A model generated the notes under the pieces. The model was not told the DNA's origin. It saw only the letters and a list, made by a program, of their open reading frames with translations, and did not search any database. A stretch of DNA of 64,000 nucleotides from Blastocystis sp. Blastoise (lineage: Eukaryota; Protista; Bigyra: Opalinata). Of the stretch, positions 37,744-64,000 are shown in pieces (position 1 is the stretch's first letter; every line of letters starts with the position of its first letter). Where the stretch lies: assembly GCA_039096225.1 (NCBI GenBank), contig JBBPEB010000007.1:124001-188000 (forward strand), in the 5' to 3' direction. The position numbers were made by a program, and so were the translations under genes.

Positions 37744-39088
37744 ACTGGAGAAAAAGGATATTATACAGAATATGCCCTCATTAGAGCAAATAAATTCAAA
37801 TCCTTCTTCTGATGCTCATTCTATAATATATATAGTTCATTCATCATCATCAGCCTCCGATAATCTTTCTAATAATGATATACAATTGGATTCATTACCT
37901 TCTTTGTCTCCTGTAACAAGTATAAATAATAATACTTCTTTTCAGAATATATCTATATCAAATCAAAATACAGTTCTGAATCCTGATTCCCGCGGTTATG
38001 AAGTGAGATCTATTCCTAAAGAATCTTCTATCGATGATAATCATACTATTATAAGCTCTGATATGCATGAAATAACCACGGGAAATGATGAAAAACATCA
38101 AGAAAATGATGAAATGTCATTAGCGAAAATGATATTAATACATGATGAAGATAAAGAGGACCCTATAAATAATACACCAATACTGAATAATAATTCAGAT
38201 GCTTCTGAAAATGACTTAATTACGGAGGATTCTATGAAAATAAACAATGAGAACGAAATGATAAATAATGAGTGTATATATATTTATAATTATATATAAT
38301 TATTATTTATTATTTATGTTATTATGTCGATTATTCATTATTACTATTTTATGTTAGTATTACATTATTATTATTATTATTATTATATAGTAGATAAGCC
38401 TATAACTATATCGGACACCTCTTCTTTACATTCTGACGTGATTCCTCAAGGAGATGGTATTAATGAAGACTCATCAGGTATATATATATATATATATATA
38501 ATATTTATATATATATATAATATTTATATATATATATAATATTTATATATATATATAATATTTATATATATATATAATATTTATATTATATCTTATAGTA
38601 ACGAAACGAAAGGCTGAAAATGAAAAAGATATGAAAAAACAAAAACAATTAAAAGTATATAAATATATAAATATATTTTTTATTTCAAAATATATTAAAC
38701 ATAGAATAATAATAATATATAATATATAATAATAATATATAATATATAATAATAATATATAATATATAATATATAATAATTATCTATAGCAATTTAATAT
38801 ATTACGTGAACATCATTGGTGGTGTATTTGGAACAGACAGAATGGAATACAAAATACTATATATACATATGTTGATGTATATATATATATATATATACTA
38901 TTTTTATTTTCTTTATATATCTCTATAAATTTTGATTTATAATATATATATATATTATAAATTTGTTTGATTATAATTATATTTTTTTATCTTTATAGAA
39001 ATTACTTCAATATTATGGAAATACTATTCCAAAGTCTTATAAAACACAGTCTTCTTTCTTTGAAACATTAAATAAATTACTTAATTAA
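32180..39088 (+). CDS. ZC3HC1: ZC3HC1/NIPA (Rsm1/Pml39-like) nuclear-basket protein with huge acidic low-complexity loop
   Basis: PWNY...TFSIRNWFGKP...PLVCASFGW...YCPLC...H-x3-CPW (zf-C3HC). Second module LAISGW...LECIHC ... FNILREHHWWCIW. The 1488-aa ORF lies within one internal exon. Confidence 0.85.
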
Positions 39089-39899
39089 TTTATGTATAAA
39101 AATATATATATATATTATTACAGATAATTTTAATTATCTATATTTGTTTATATAATTTTTTCTCTTTTCTTTATTTTCAACTTTTATCATTTATTTTTTT
39201 TATTATTCATATGTTTTATATAAAGTAATAGCCAAAAATAATAATAATAGCTTTCATTATAAGAAGATTATTGCCTTTCATCATAATATAAATATATATA
39301 ATTATTTATTTAAAATTTTTAATACAACTTTGAATGTCTTGAGATATTTAAATCAATTATTATACAATTTTTTTTTAAATATTTGAAATATGCATATAAT
39401 AGTCTATTTAAAGAATAAATAATAACAAAACGAGTAAAAAAACAAAGGGCAATGAAAATGAAGAAGAGATTTAGAAATAGTAACAAAATAATTATATATA
39501 AAATATATAATATATATGTAATGAAAGAAAAATAGTAAAAGAGAGTATATATAATAATTCTATATTATATATACATATAGAAACAATAGTAGTATCACAT
39601 CATAAAACTAACGACTAACAAAATAAAACAGTTAAATATATACATATATATATACAAAATGAAATATTTAAAAAAAGAGCAAAATATTAAAAAAAATAGA
39701 GAAACAAAAAATATCGAATTGTATATATATAATAATGATAACTATAGAATAAAAGAATAATTTGTATAGTGTTAGAGAAGAAAGAAAGAAAAAGTAAATT
39801 TCTTTATTCAGAGATAAATAAATAAAAAAAAATATATATATATATACATATAATAACAAGATAAATATAATAAACATAAATATATATATTATAATTTAT

Positions 39900-41952
<2,053 letters not shown>

Positions 41953-42277
41953 GTAAAAAGTAAAGTGTGTATAAAAAGATATAGATAGTTATCAAGTAGA
42001 TTCCTTAATGTATATATTCAATTATAGCTCCGATATAACAATATAGGCTATGATGAATCAAACAATATATGGACTTAAAATAGGTTATTCAAATAAAAAC
42101 CATGTTGTTTGTGTACCCTTGAAGAAACAGCATTGATTCTCCTAGTTTTACATTTTTCCCAGGATTATTCGGAATACTCTCTAGTGTACATAAATAGCTT
42201 TTATCCCCATGACTATTTCACTTTTTTGAGACAAAAAACACAATTCAAACAGAATTAATGGTGGTTCGTGGTTTTCT

Positions 42278-42295
42278 AAATAACCGCGGTTATTT
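42278..42295. promoter_or_regulatory. Perfect 18-bp palindromic copy (AAATAACCGCGGTTATTT) of the dispersed ATWMCC-NN-GGKWAT motif
   Basis: Intergenic, about 330 bp upstream of the Cys-cluster gene. A weaker copy lies at 42155-42168. Function is inferred. Confidence 0.55.
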
Positions 42296-42675
42296 GATAT
42301 GCAATAATGGAAAAAGAAGAATAATATTCATTTTTATTTTTTTGTATTTAAAGTTGTTACTCTTGTTGTAATGAATTTATTATTAGTTAGTGAATCATCT
42401 CATATATAAGGACTATAAAACGAATGTGAATCTTGATGGATCCATAATGGTTTCATGATAATTACAGATGATAATAGGTTTATGTGATTGATTCTTTATT
42501 TTTTGTTGCCAAAATAAAATACAGTGGAACTCAAAATGATAATCAATAAAGAAAAATTAAAGAGTTTTGACTATGATTATTATTAATTTTTTTAAATATT
42601 CTGATTTATTCTATTATTTAATAAGTTTACTTCACTTTTTCAATATGTACAAAAAATACCAAACCACTAGAATTA

Positions 42676-44034
42676 TTATATATGAGAGAAATGGAGTAAA
42701 CCTTTATTATCACCCATTGCTATAAGACTTGAGTCATTAGAGAATACAGGATTACTTAGTAGACCAGAATTAGGTATAGTTATACAGTGATCATAGTTTC
42801 CAATAGATTTTTTGCATTCCAATGATAATTTATGATTATATATATAGAGAGAACTTTCTTTTAAGGAGGGTACATAGAAAGAACTAAAAAAATTATTATA
42901 ATCTGTATATATATATATATACTCTGAATACTTATTATATGTAATTAATTTTGAGTTGATCATTTTACCTTTATATAGAGAGATAACCTAAATATATATA
43001 TATATAGTCATTATGAATCAATAGATATACTTGTTGAGTATATAAGTGAACTTCAAAAAATTGTTTTTCCATAGAAAATAGAATCGAGTTGTGATTCACA
43101 ATATATTTAATAGATATAATTTTCTATAAAGAATATATAGAAGAAGTATTTATATATATATAGAGAGAATAATATAATTAGAATATATATATTGAATAAA
43201 ACAAAAAACATTACAATAAAAGGTATACTAATAATACATATAAATAATAAAAAAAAATGTATATATTTTAAATAGAATTCTTTTACTAAAAATAAATAAT
43301 AAATAGAACTAATAATAGATCGACAAAACTATTCATATTAATTTATATAAATAATAATAATAATAAATAATACATGTTGTTGAATAGTGTCAGGTACAAT
43401 AAACGAAAGAAGAGGTAGATCAAAATAATGAATATTATACAATGCTAATAATGCTATATAGTTTAAGCTTTTATAAGGATTATATAAGTAAAAGTATAAC
43501 ATACATGTTTCTGAGAAATATATGAATATATAGTGTGGATAATAGGGATGAAATGTATATATATAGTTTTCTTTCATCTAGAATAAGAAGAAGAATATAT
43601 ATATATGTTAATATAATTAGTGAATATATATATGTATATAATTAGTGAATATATATATGTTAATATAATTAGTGAATATATATATGTTAATATAATTAGT
43701 GAATATATATATGTATATAATTAGTGAATATATATATGTTAATAGAGTATATATAATTAGTGAATATATATATATATATACTATTTGTGGATAATTAATA
43801 AATGTATACGTATTATCGATATTCGATATACAATGATAACCATAATGATTCTCATGAATATAAAGTAAATGTCTATAGAAATGTATGTTAAAGATAAAAA
43901 CCAATATATTACTTTTCGTTATCATATTGAATTGAATCTAAATATTTTGTATATTTATAGGGAATTGTTGTTACTCTTTTATACTATATAAAATAATAGA
44001 TACATAAAATTTAAAAACAAAACAATTTTATACT

Positions 44035-44068
<34 letters not shown>

Positions 44069-44574
44069 CTTCACTTTCATTATATATATATCCTAGAACA
44101 GAACCATCACAAGAAGCTGAGAAGAATTCATTAATATTTTGGCAGTATAGCAGTCTATGTATATCGTAATAAAAAAGAATTCATATTTAGAATTCATAAT
44201 AACATACGATAATATCGAGTCTTTTTGATCTGATAATTTCATTTGCTTTTTATTTGATTCTGACTTGGATATAGAGAGATCCCCATAATAAATATTTCCA
44301 GAAGCATCTCCCGTTATGAGGAAATCTATATATCAATTAAATAATTTAAAACGTTGAATAAAAACATACCATTTTGCTGAGGATTGATACAAAGGGCTGT
44401 GATAGGTAGAATATGTCTGCGTATACTATTCCACTGCGTATTTTCTATTTTGTCAGCATAAAAATGGCTCATATAATCTAAATAATTCATTGATAAAGCA
44501 TTTAATCGTTAGAAATTACAATCAAATGTTGACTTTTGAGTGATAATATTGCCTTTAGTACATAATTCAAACAT
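42676..44574 (-). CDS. Divergent WD40-repeat protein
   Basis: HILPITALCINPQQNDFLITGDASGNIYYGD, FFSASCDGSV, VFSNDSSLIAMGDNKGLLHF. GT-AG introns keep frame. Confidence 0.7.
43600..43775. repeat. Intronic minisatellite, unit about TATATAATTAGTGAATATATATATGTTAA, roughly 6 copies
   Basis: Directly visible in a WD40-gene intron. Confidence 0.85.
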
Positions 44575-44867
44575 TATTCATATGAATTATAGGAAATCTA
44601 CTTAATACTTAAGAATTAATAATAGTTTTTATATAACAACGATTATTAATATGTTTCATAGTGTTTTTTTAAAATAGTTCAAATCTTTCATTTTTTTATA
44701 AAAATTTTCAGACACATTTAGGTTGCTGAAATAGGAGATTTGAATTCCCACCATTTCTTAAAGACCGCCAATTTAAATTCTTCTTTTTTATAAATGAATA
44801 AATCATTATTTATTCAATCAATCGAGTGTAGAAAGGTTTTATAATATAATATTTCTAAAAATTCAAC

Positions 44868-46046
44868 ATGAGTTCTGTGGATATTAATGAAAATTCAACT
44901 TGTATTTTTACAATTACATCCTTGTATTATCAATGAATTATTTCAATTTCATATCTAGTTGATGAAAATCATATTTCACAAAATACTATAAAAGAAGAAA
45001 GTATATAGATATTCCATATGATTATCATCGTTAACAATGTTATTATTTTTTTAGAAAAGAATGATAATAAAGAAAGAAAACATTCTTGGACAGATCTTAC
45101 TGATGAGGATGAAGAATCTAGAAAACTAAGAATTGCACAGGTACGTTTTTTTTGTGATTGTCTTGTTCATTGTTTTTATATATAGAGAACTAAACAAATT
45201 CAATTTGGAAAAAATACATTAGGATACGATCGTTATTGTATGAAGATAGAAAAGTATGCTATTTTAGTTTATTTTATAGTTATTGAAGCTTATTTTATAT
45301 ATATTTTTAATGTATTAATAATGTTTTTTTTAATATATATAATTATTATTTATATTTATAAAATTATTTTTAATAGACATAAGAGAACAAAGACTGATAT
45401 TTGGACTCCTGATGTTAATGAACCCATAAGCAAACGTAGATTTGATGGAAAAGTATTTATAAGGATTTATAAATTATTTTTGTATTATATATATATTATT
45501 ATTGTATTATACATATATGTTATTATTATATTATATATATATGTTATTATATAATTATGTATATATATTATTATATTATTATTGTATTCTATATATATAT
45601 AGATACGTAAATGGAGAAGAGAATTACATGATTATGATCCTAAAACACCAGAAGAAATTGAAGAAGTTCAACAATATTTAGCTAGTAAAGGAATATTCAG
45701 ATGTATATTATTATTATATTTATTAATATATTTATTATTATATTTATTATTCTATTTATTATTCTATTTATTATTCTATTTATTATTATATTTATTATTA
45801 TATTTATTAATATATTTATTAATATATTTATTAATATATTTATTATTATATTTATTAATATATTTATTAATCTATTTATTAATCTATTTATATCTAAATG
45901 AAATATCTAAAAATACATACTTATAAATAAATAATTTATTTCATATATAATATATAGCAAAGAATATAGATGTTGAAGAAATAACAGATTCTAAAATAGA
46001 AGAGGCGAAAACATTTGAAAATGATGATCTTTGGGATGAAATATAA
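44868..46046 (+). CDS. SLBP: Histone mRNA stem-loop binding protein
   Basis: RTKQIQFGKNTLGYDRY...WTPDVNEPISKRRFDGKIRKWRRELHDYDP is the SLBP RNA-binding domain. 7 exons. Confidence 0.9.
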
Positions 46047-46447
46047 ATAGGATTATCTCACATTCTATATATGTATATATATTATTATCTATTTTCTTTC
46101 AAATTTATATATAATTCAATGTCATTGTTTATTTATATATTCTATATATTCTATCGAAGAATGAATTATACTTATTTTTCACCTTTTGTCTTTTGAATTC
46201 TTCTTCAATTTGTAGTATTAATTTTTCTTTTTAATAATTAGAGTTATCTAATTATTATAGTATGTGTAGTTATTATTATTAAATATTTTTGCCATATATT
46301 TTTATAACAATAAACCAAAATAAAAAATAAACTAATGAATAGATTCATACAAATTATATAGATAAGAATATATCCCAGAATTTATAAAAAAGAAAAGAAT
46401 ATTAAAAAAAAATAAAAATAAATATATATATAATTAATCTAATATTT

Positions 46448-47849
46448 TTATAATTGCTCACCAACTTGCATTCTAATAAAATCATTTATAGTAAATTTAC
46501 CGTTATTAGATTTATTAAAGGATTCTATATATTTCTTCATAACAGGTGATCCTTCTATTAAAACGAAAGGTTGTTCAGTTAAAACAACTTGTTTATAATA
46601 ACCATTTAATTTACCATTAATCATTTTTTCTATTATATTTGCAGGCTTTTTCTCTTTACTAATTTGTTCACGAATAACCTCTTTTTCTTTATCTAATTTG
46701 TCTTTAGGAACATCTTTAATATAACTACAAATAGGATTTGCAGCTACAATATGCATAGCTATTTTATGAGCTAATTCTTTAACTTCTTCTTCTTCTTTAT
46801 TTATATCTTTTATATTTGATATATATTGATAATTTAATATAGAAGCCATTTGAGATAAATTAGGAGATAATGTATTATGAGTATATCTAGAATATATATA
46901 TAGTTATTATTGTGTTATTAGCATATTATAATAGTAGTATTATTAATCATTATTATATAATAATTCTAATTGTATATAATAAAGATTATAAAAATAAAAT
47001 AATAAAAAATAAATAATATAAAAAATAAATAATATAAAAAATAAATAATATAAAAAATAAATAATATAAAAAATAAATAATATAAAAAATAAATAATATA
47101 AATAAAATAATATAAAAAATAAATAATAAAAATAAAATAATATAAAAAAAATAATAATAATAATAAAAATAATAATAAAAAATAAACATACAAAGAAAGA
47201 GAAGAGCCAGTGGGTGCTTGAATAACAGAAACTTTTCTTAATACTAAATTTTCACCAATTTTACCAATTGCTTCTTTAATAGAATCTTCAACCGTCTGAT
47301 TTCTCATAGGTAATTTATTAATATCTTCTAAAGTGGTCTTATCACTATTATAAGCTGTCTTTACTATATCTTTAGCTAATAATTGGAAATAATCATTTCT
47401 TGATACAAAATCAGTTTCACTATTTAACTAAACATAACATAGATTATATATTAAATATATAATATTATAAATCCTATATTATAAATATATATAAAATATA
47501 TACTTCAATAAGAACACCTTTATTACCTTCACAATAAGAAGCAATAAGACCTTGACATGCTTTTCTTCCACCTACTTTATTCACTCTTTTCATCCCTTGC
47601 TTTCTTAAATAATCAATAGCTTTTTCAATATTTCCATTTACTTCAGGATTCTCTAAAGCTTTTTTACAATCAAGCATAGGAGCTCCAGTAGCTTCTCGAA
47701 GCTCTTTCACAACTTTTGCAGATATAGCAAAAGAACGTGTAGCACTGAGGGTACGTATAGATTGATTAACAACTAAATAAGAATAATAATAGAATTCACA
47801 AATATAATTGAGTAGAAAGAAAAGGAATACTTCTAAAAGAAGAAATCAT
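46448..47849 (-). CDS. TSFM: Mitochondrial elongation factor Ts
   Basis: Presequence, VKELREATGAPMLDCKKAL, ELNSETDFVSRN, KIGENL, AMHIVAANP, KPANIIEKMINGKL, FIRMQVGE. Confidence 0.95.
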
Positions 47850-48726
47850 GGTTAGCAATAAATATAATTATTAAAAAAATTTCTTTAAGCAAAAGAAAAA
47901 TGTTCTTAGGGAATTTTCATTTCTTCTCTGTTTATAACTCATTTTTCATAATTATTTCATTTATTGTTGTTTTTTTAATTCTTTTTATTTGCTATGATGA
48001 TTACTTTATATGATAAAAATATTATTCATTCATTTATAAAATACTATCTAAAGCCTAAATAAAAACTATACATTCATATAACACACAATTATTTATAAAA
48101 TAGAATTAAAATATGTGAATCTCATCAAATAGACTAAGATTTATATGAATATAAATATTCACAAAAATAAATTTATGAATAATATAAGTCTATGACAGAA
48201 GGAATCATTCATACATAATCAATTGATAGACTTACGAATCATTGAAGAGTTCGAGAACATAGAGAATATATTTCAGGTTAGAATGAATCAAAAATAATAA
48301 TAAGAATTGAGTGTATCTAAAAGAATACCAAAGAAAAACAGGTATTTTAATCTAAATAGAATAAATAAATTTGAGTTTCTCATTCACTATTTTAATATTA
48401 TTAAAAAAATATCTAAATATTATTTTATAATTTAATACAAAATGAAAAATAATAAAAACCAAAATAACGTATACAAAAGTTTAATTTAAAAAAAACAGAA
48501 AAAAAGATGTGTGAATATAATGATAATTATTTTTAAAAAATGAATAAAATAGTTAAAGTAAAAGAAAAAAATGTTAAAAGAAATATATTTGAAAAATGAC
48601 TGAAAGATGAAAAGGAAGAAAAGTGAATATAGAAAAGAGAGATAAAAAAATTAAAAAGATATAAAAAAAATTAATTAAAAAAATAATTCAAAAACATAAT
48701 TAAATAATTAAATAACGTTGTAAAAG

Positions 48727-49177
48727 TTAAGTTTGTTTTGATATAGATTCATTAATTTTAATATATTTTGGTTCATGTATAAGTGATAATGGAGTCGGTT
48801 GAAACAATGCGTAACACCAATTATGTATAAATCCACTTGAATATATAGAATTAATTATATTACCATGATCTTGCTCATATTCATGTTGGGTTAAATCATT
48901 AGATATCTATATATATATTATTTTATACATGTAAAAGAGAATAGATAATAATAATAATAATAATAATATATATATATATACATAAGCAGTATGATTCACA
49001 ATTAAGGGTGATATTATTACTAATAATACAAAACTATATATAGAATATATAAATCCAAATATATGAGATTGAAATGCTTTTGATGCTACTCCTGCTGCTT
49101 CCGACTATATATAATAGTTATAATAATATGAATATATAATTTTATTAATGTTGTTTTAAATAAATAATAATAATAAT

Positions 49178-49219
<42 letters not shown>

Positions 49220-49390
49220 TCCTTGCTGATATACTAATTCTATTTCTATAAATATATTCCAAATACTACCCACAATACCAAATAGTAATGAACAAAATAA
49301 ATAAATAAGAAATAGATAATAATATGTATGATTTCGAAGTCCAATGCACGTGCCCATCAACGGACAATGATGATCAAATTTACGAATACA

Positions 49391-49481
<91 letters not shown>

Positions 49482-49675
49482 CACATATTTTACAGTGAGT
49501 AGCTCTTGGAGATATATGCGTATTACAATAACGACATAAACCAGAAAATTTCTATATATATATATATAATAATAATAATAAATAACAATATTTCTTAATT
49601 TGTTAATAATTATTATATTCAAAAAAAAAAAAAGAGGATAATTGATTAAAATACATAATATTTACAGAGAATATA

Positions 49676-49728
<53 letters not shown>

Positions 49729-51116
49729 TCGTTTAAAGAACACATAGGGTCTGATTTCAAACATATCTGGCGGTATGGCAGCTTTTCCTTTATATAAACC
49801 ACAATCTTCACCCAATATCTGATATACCTCATAATACTTAGGTATTAATATATCCTATATATATATATTATTATTATTAATAATAATGAATGATTTATTA
49901 TATATATATATATATATATACATTAACATTTTCCATTATTTGTAATTTCGAAAAGAAAAAACATGTTATTTGTTTTGCCTATTTATATATATATAATAAT
50001 AATAATAATATATATATATACATCAGCAAATAGAGCATAATGAAATGGTGTTAAGCCATATATATCAATAGCCTGAGTACTTGACCCATGATCTAATAAA
50101 TACTTCACCATCTATATATATGTATATTTATAATATTATATATTTGTAACTATATATATATTAATAATAGTATTTAAAAACTACTCAATATATATTAATA
50201 ATATTATTTAAAAACTACTCAATATATATATATTAATAATATTTCTTTAAAATTATTTAATATATATATACAACAATTTTATTTCTTTGAACTGCATAGT
50301 GTAATAAAGTTGTACTATAAGGATCAGCAGTCTTTATCTATATATATATAATAATAATTATTATAATAAATAAAAAAATATTATAATAAACATAATAAAC
50401 ATATATATACCAAATCCGGTCTTTTTGATAGTAATTCCTTTATATATAAAAGATAATAATAATAATAACAAATATATATATATACCTTTAATTCAATAAT
50501 ATTTTCACATTGAATACATCGTTTTGCCATATCATAATAATTAGCCACTAATATATATATATATATATAATAAATAAAACTTATATAATTTATAAAAATG
50601 TTATTTTAATAAATAAACTCAAAGCTTTCTTTATAAAAATATACATTCAGAATTATTTGGAGGAAGAGAGGGAACTCTTTGTTTTCTTTTTGGAATTATT
50701 CCTGGTTCAGTTAACCAAGTCTTTAAAGCATATATAGTAGAACTATACATAAATATATATATAATGAATATATTTATAATAAATACAGAATACCAAAAGC
50801 TAAACATAATCCAAAAATTGCTACATTGTCATATTCTCTATAGATATATAAAAATTAGAAAAAGGCAGCGACTCTATCAATACTATAGATATACATAGAT
50901 TTAGAAAATTCTAAAACAAATAAGATCACAGGAGGAAAGAAAACCTAAATGGATTAATAAAACAAAAATAAATAATCATACACATGAAAATGTTAACCAG
51001 AACAAACTTCCTTTTATATTGGGAACAACTAGATGATTATTACAAAGAACTTTGTAATTGCCAAAAGGACTCCAAGTGTCTTTTTGGTCTGATTTTTTTG
51101 ATTTTTCATTACTCAT
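48727..51116 (-). CDS. DHHC palmitoyltransferase with ankyrin repeats inserted between TM2 and the DHHC domain
   Basis: [13 protein letters not shown]1-2, TEPGIIP, then [24 protein letters not shown]...[11 protein letters not shown], then CRYC...[33 protein letters not shown]3-4, LTQHE, GFIHNW. Confidence 0.88.
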
Positions 51117-51605
51117 TGGATAGTAGAATTGTAATATAGATCTTATTCACAATAATACTATATGTGGACGGAGAACAAAACCATCAACAAAATGAAAGTA
51201 AAAATTAATTTTCAGTTTAGAAGATTTTCTAGTTTCATGATTTTTGTGTATTGAACGGTTTTAAAATAAAATGAATAACATATTAAAAATGCTGAATATT
51301 TCTAATTTTCTTCAAAATCATTTAGAATATCTATCTTTGTTAAAGAGTAAAGCGGTTTAACGTAACCTAATACATTTGTTTTCAAAAAAATAAATATTAT
51401 GAACTACTAAAAAAACTAAGAGACGTTATTTTAGAAAGTATACGATAATAACTAACAATATAAAAACCCAGATTTCTAATAATTAAATAAAATCAATAAA
51501 ATTAAACAAGAATTATAAGAAAATATATATAGAGAGATCTATTTTTTGTGTTATGAATGGAAAAAATAGAGTTTTCTTCTTCCAAAAATAAAGTATATAT
51601 ATAAA

Positions 51606-54547
<2,942 letters not shown>

Positions 54548-54821
54548 GCTTTCTTTGTATGTTTTTAAAAAATAAAAATTATTATTCTCTAAAAAAGGTC
54601 TATTTTTTTCTTCTTGAATGTCATGGAAAAAAATTGAAAAAAAAGAGTTTTGCCTCAATAACAAAAAATAACCGCGATTTGTAGTTCTATAATGAATTTT
54701 TAATTTTAATTTGTTTCCATTCAGTTTTGTTTATTTTATCCTATTCTTTGCATATTCATTATAAGCAAAGGCTTTTAATTAAATCTAGAAACTTTAAGAG
54801 GAATTTCAATAGGTTAAAGTA

Positions 54822-64000
<9,179 letters not shown>

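Noticed and set aside
42000-42540. Possible ncRNA or snoRNA in complex intergenic DNA (ATGATGA near 42050; similar region 47990-48350)
   Set aside because: No matching D box, terminal stem or tRNA fold recognisable by eye.
42676-44574. Calling the WD40 gene ERCC8/CSA
   Set aside because: Only a loose resemblance in the first repeat; too divergent to name.

Overview
Very AT-rich (roughly 20% GC by eye), gene-dense, intron-rich eukaryotic DNA using the standard genetic code. The gene content (mitochondrial EF-Ts and E3, bacterial-type FabI, a GH35 fragment) suggests an anaerobic or gut protist such as a Blastocystis/Proteromonas-type stramenopile; this is inference only. I spliced about 20 genes by hand: U1A/U2B'', PRP38B, an unknown beta-repeat protein, FabI, two DHHC palmitoyltransferases, PYM, a C2/MORN protein, a BTB protein, SAPS, RNase Z, a GH35 fragment, DLD, ZC3HC1, a Cys-cluster protein, a WD40 protein, SLBP, EF-Ts, CCT1 and Strawberry notch. 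Most short poly-I/L/Y/N ORFs in the track are intronic microsatellite artefacts. The strongest unexplained signal is a 14-bp pseudo-palindrome, ATWMCC-NN-GGKWAT (core usually CCGCGG/CCACGG/CCGTGG). It recurs about 25 times, mostly inside exons in all three reading frames, often 3-4 kb apart, and apparently overrides codon bias and even conserved residues. Other highlights: introns with self-complementary (AT)n ends and no pyrimidine tract, three non-canonical splice junctions, a DHHC enzyme with ankyrins inside its catalytic loop, a PDZ-like N-terminus on SBNO, a ZC3HC1 zinc module split by about 1,600 aa, and an intron-bearing bacterial FabI.
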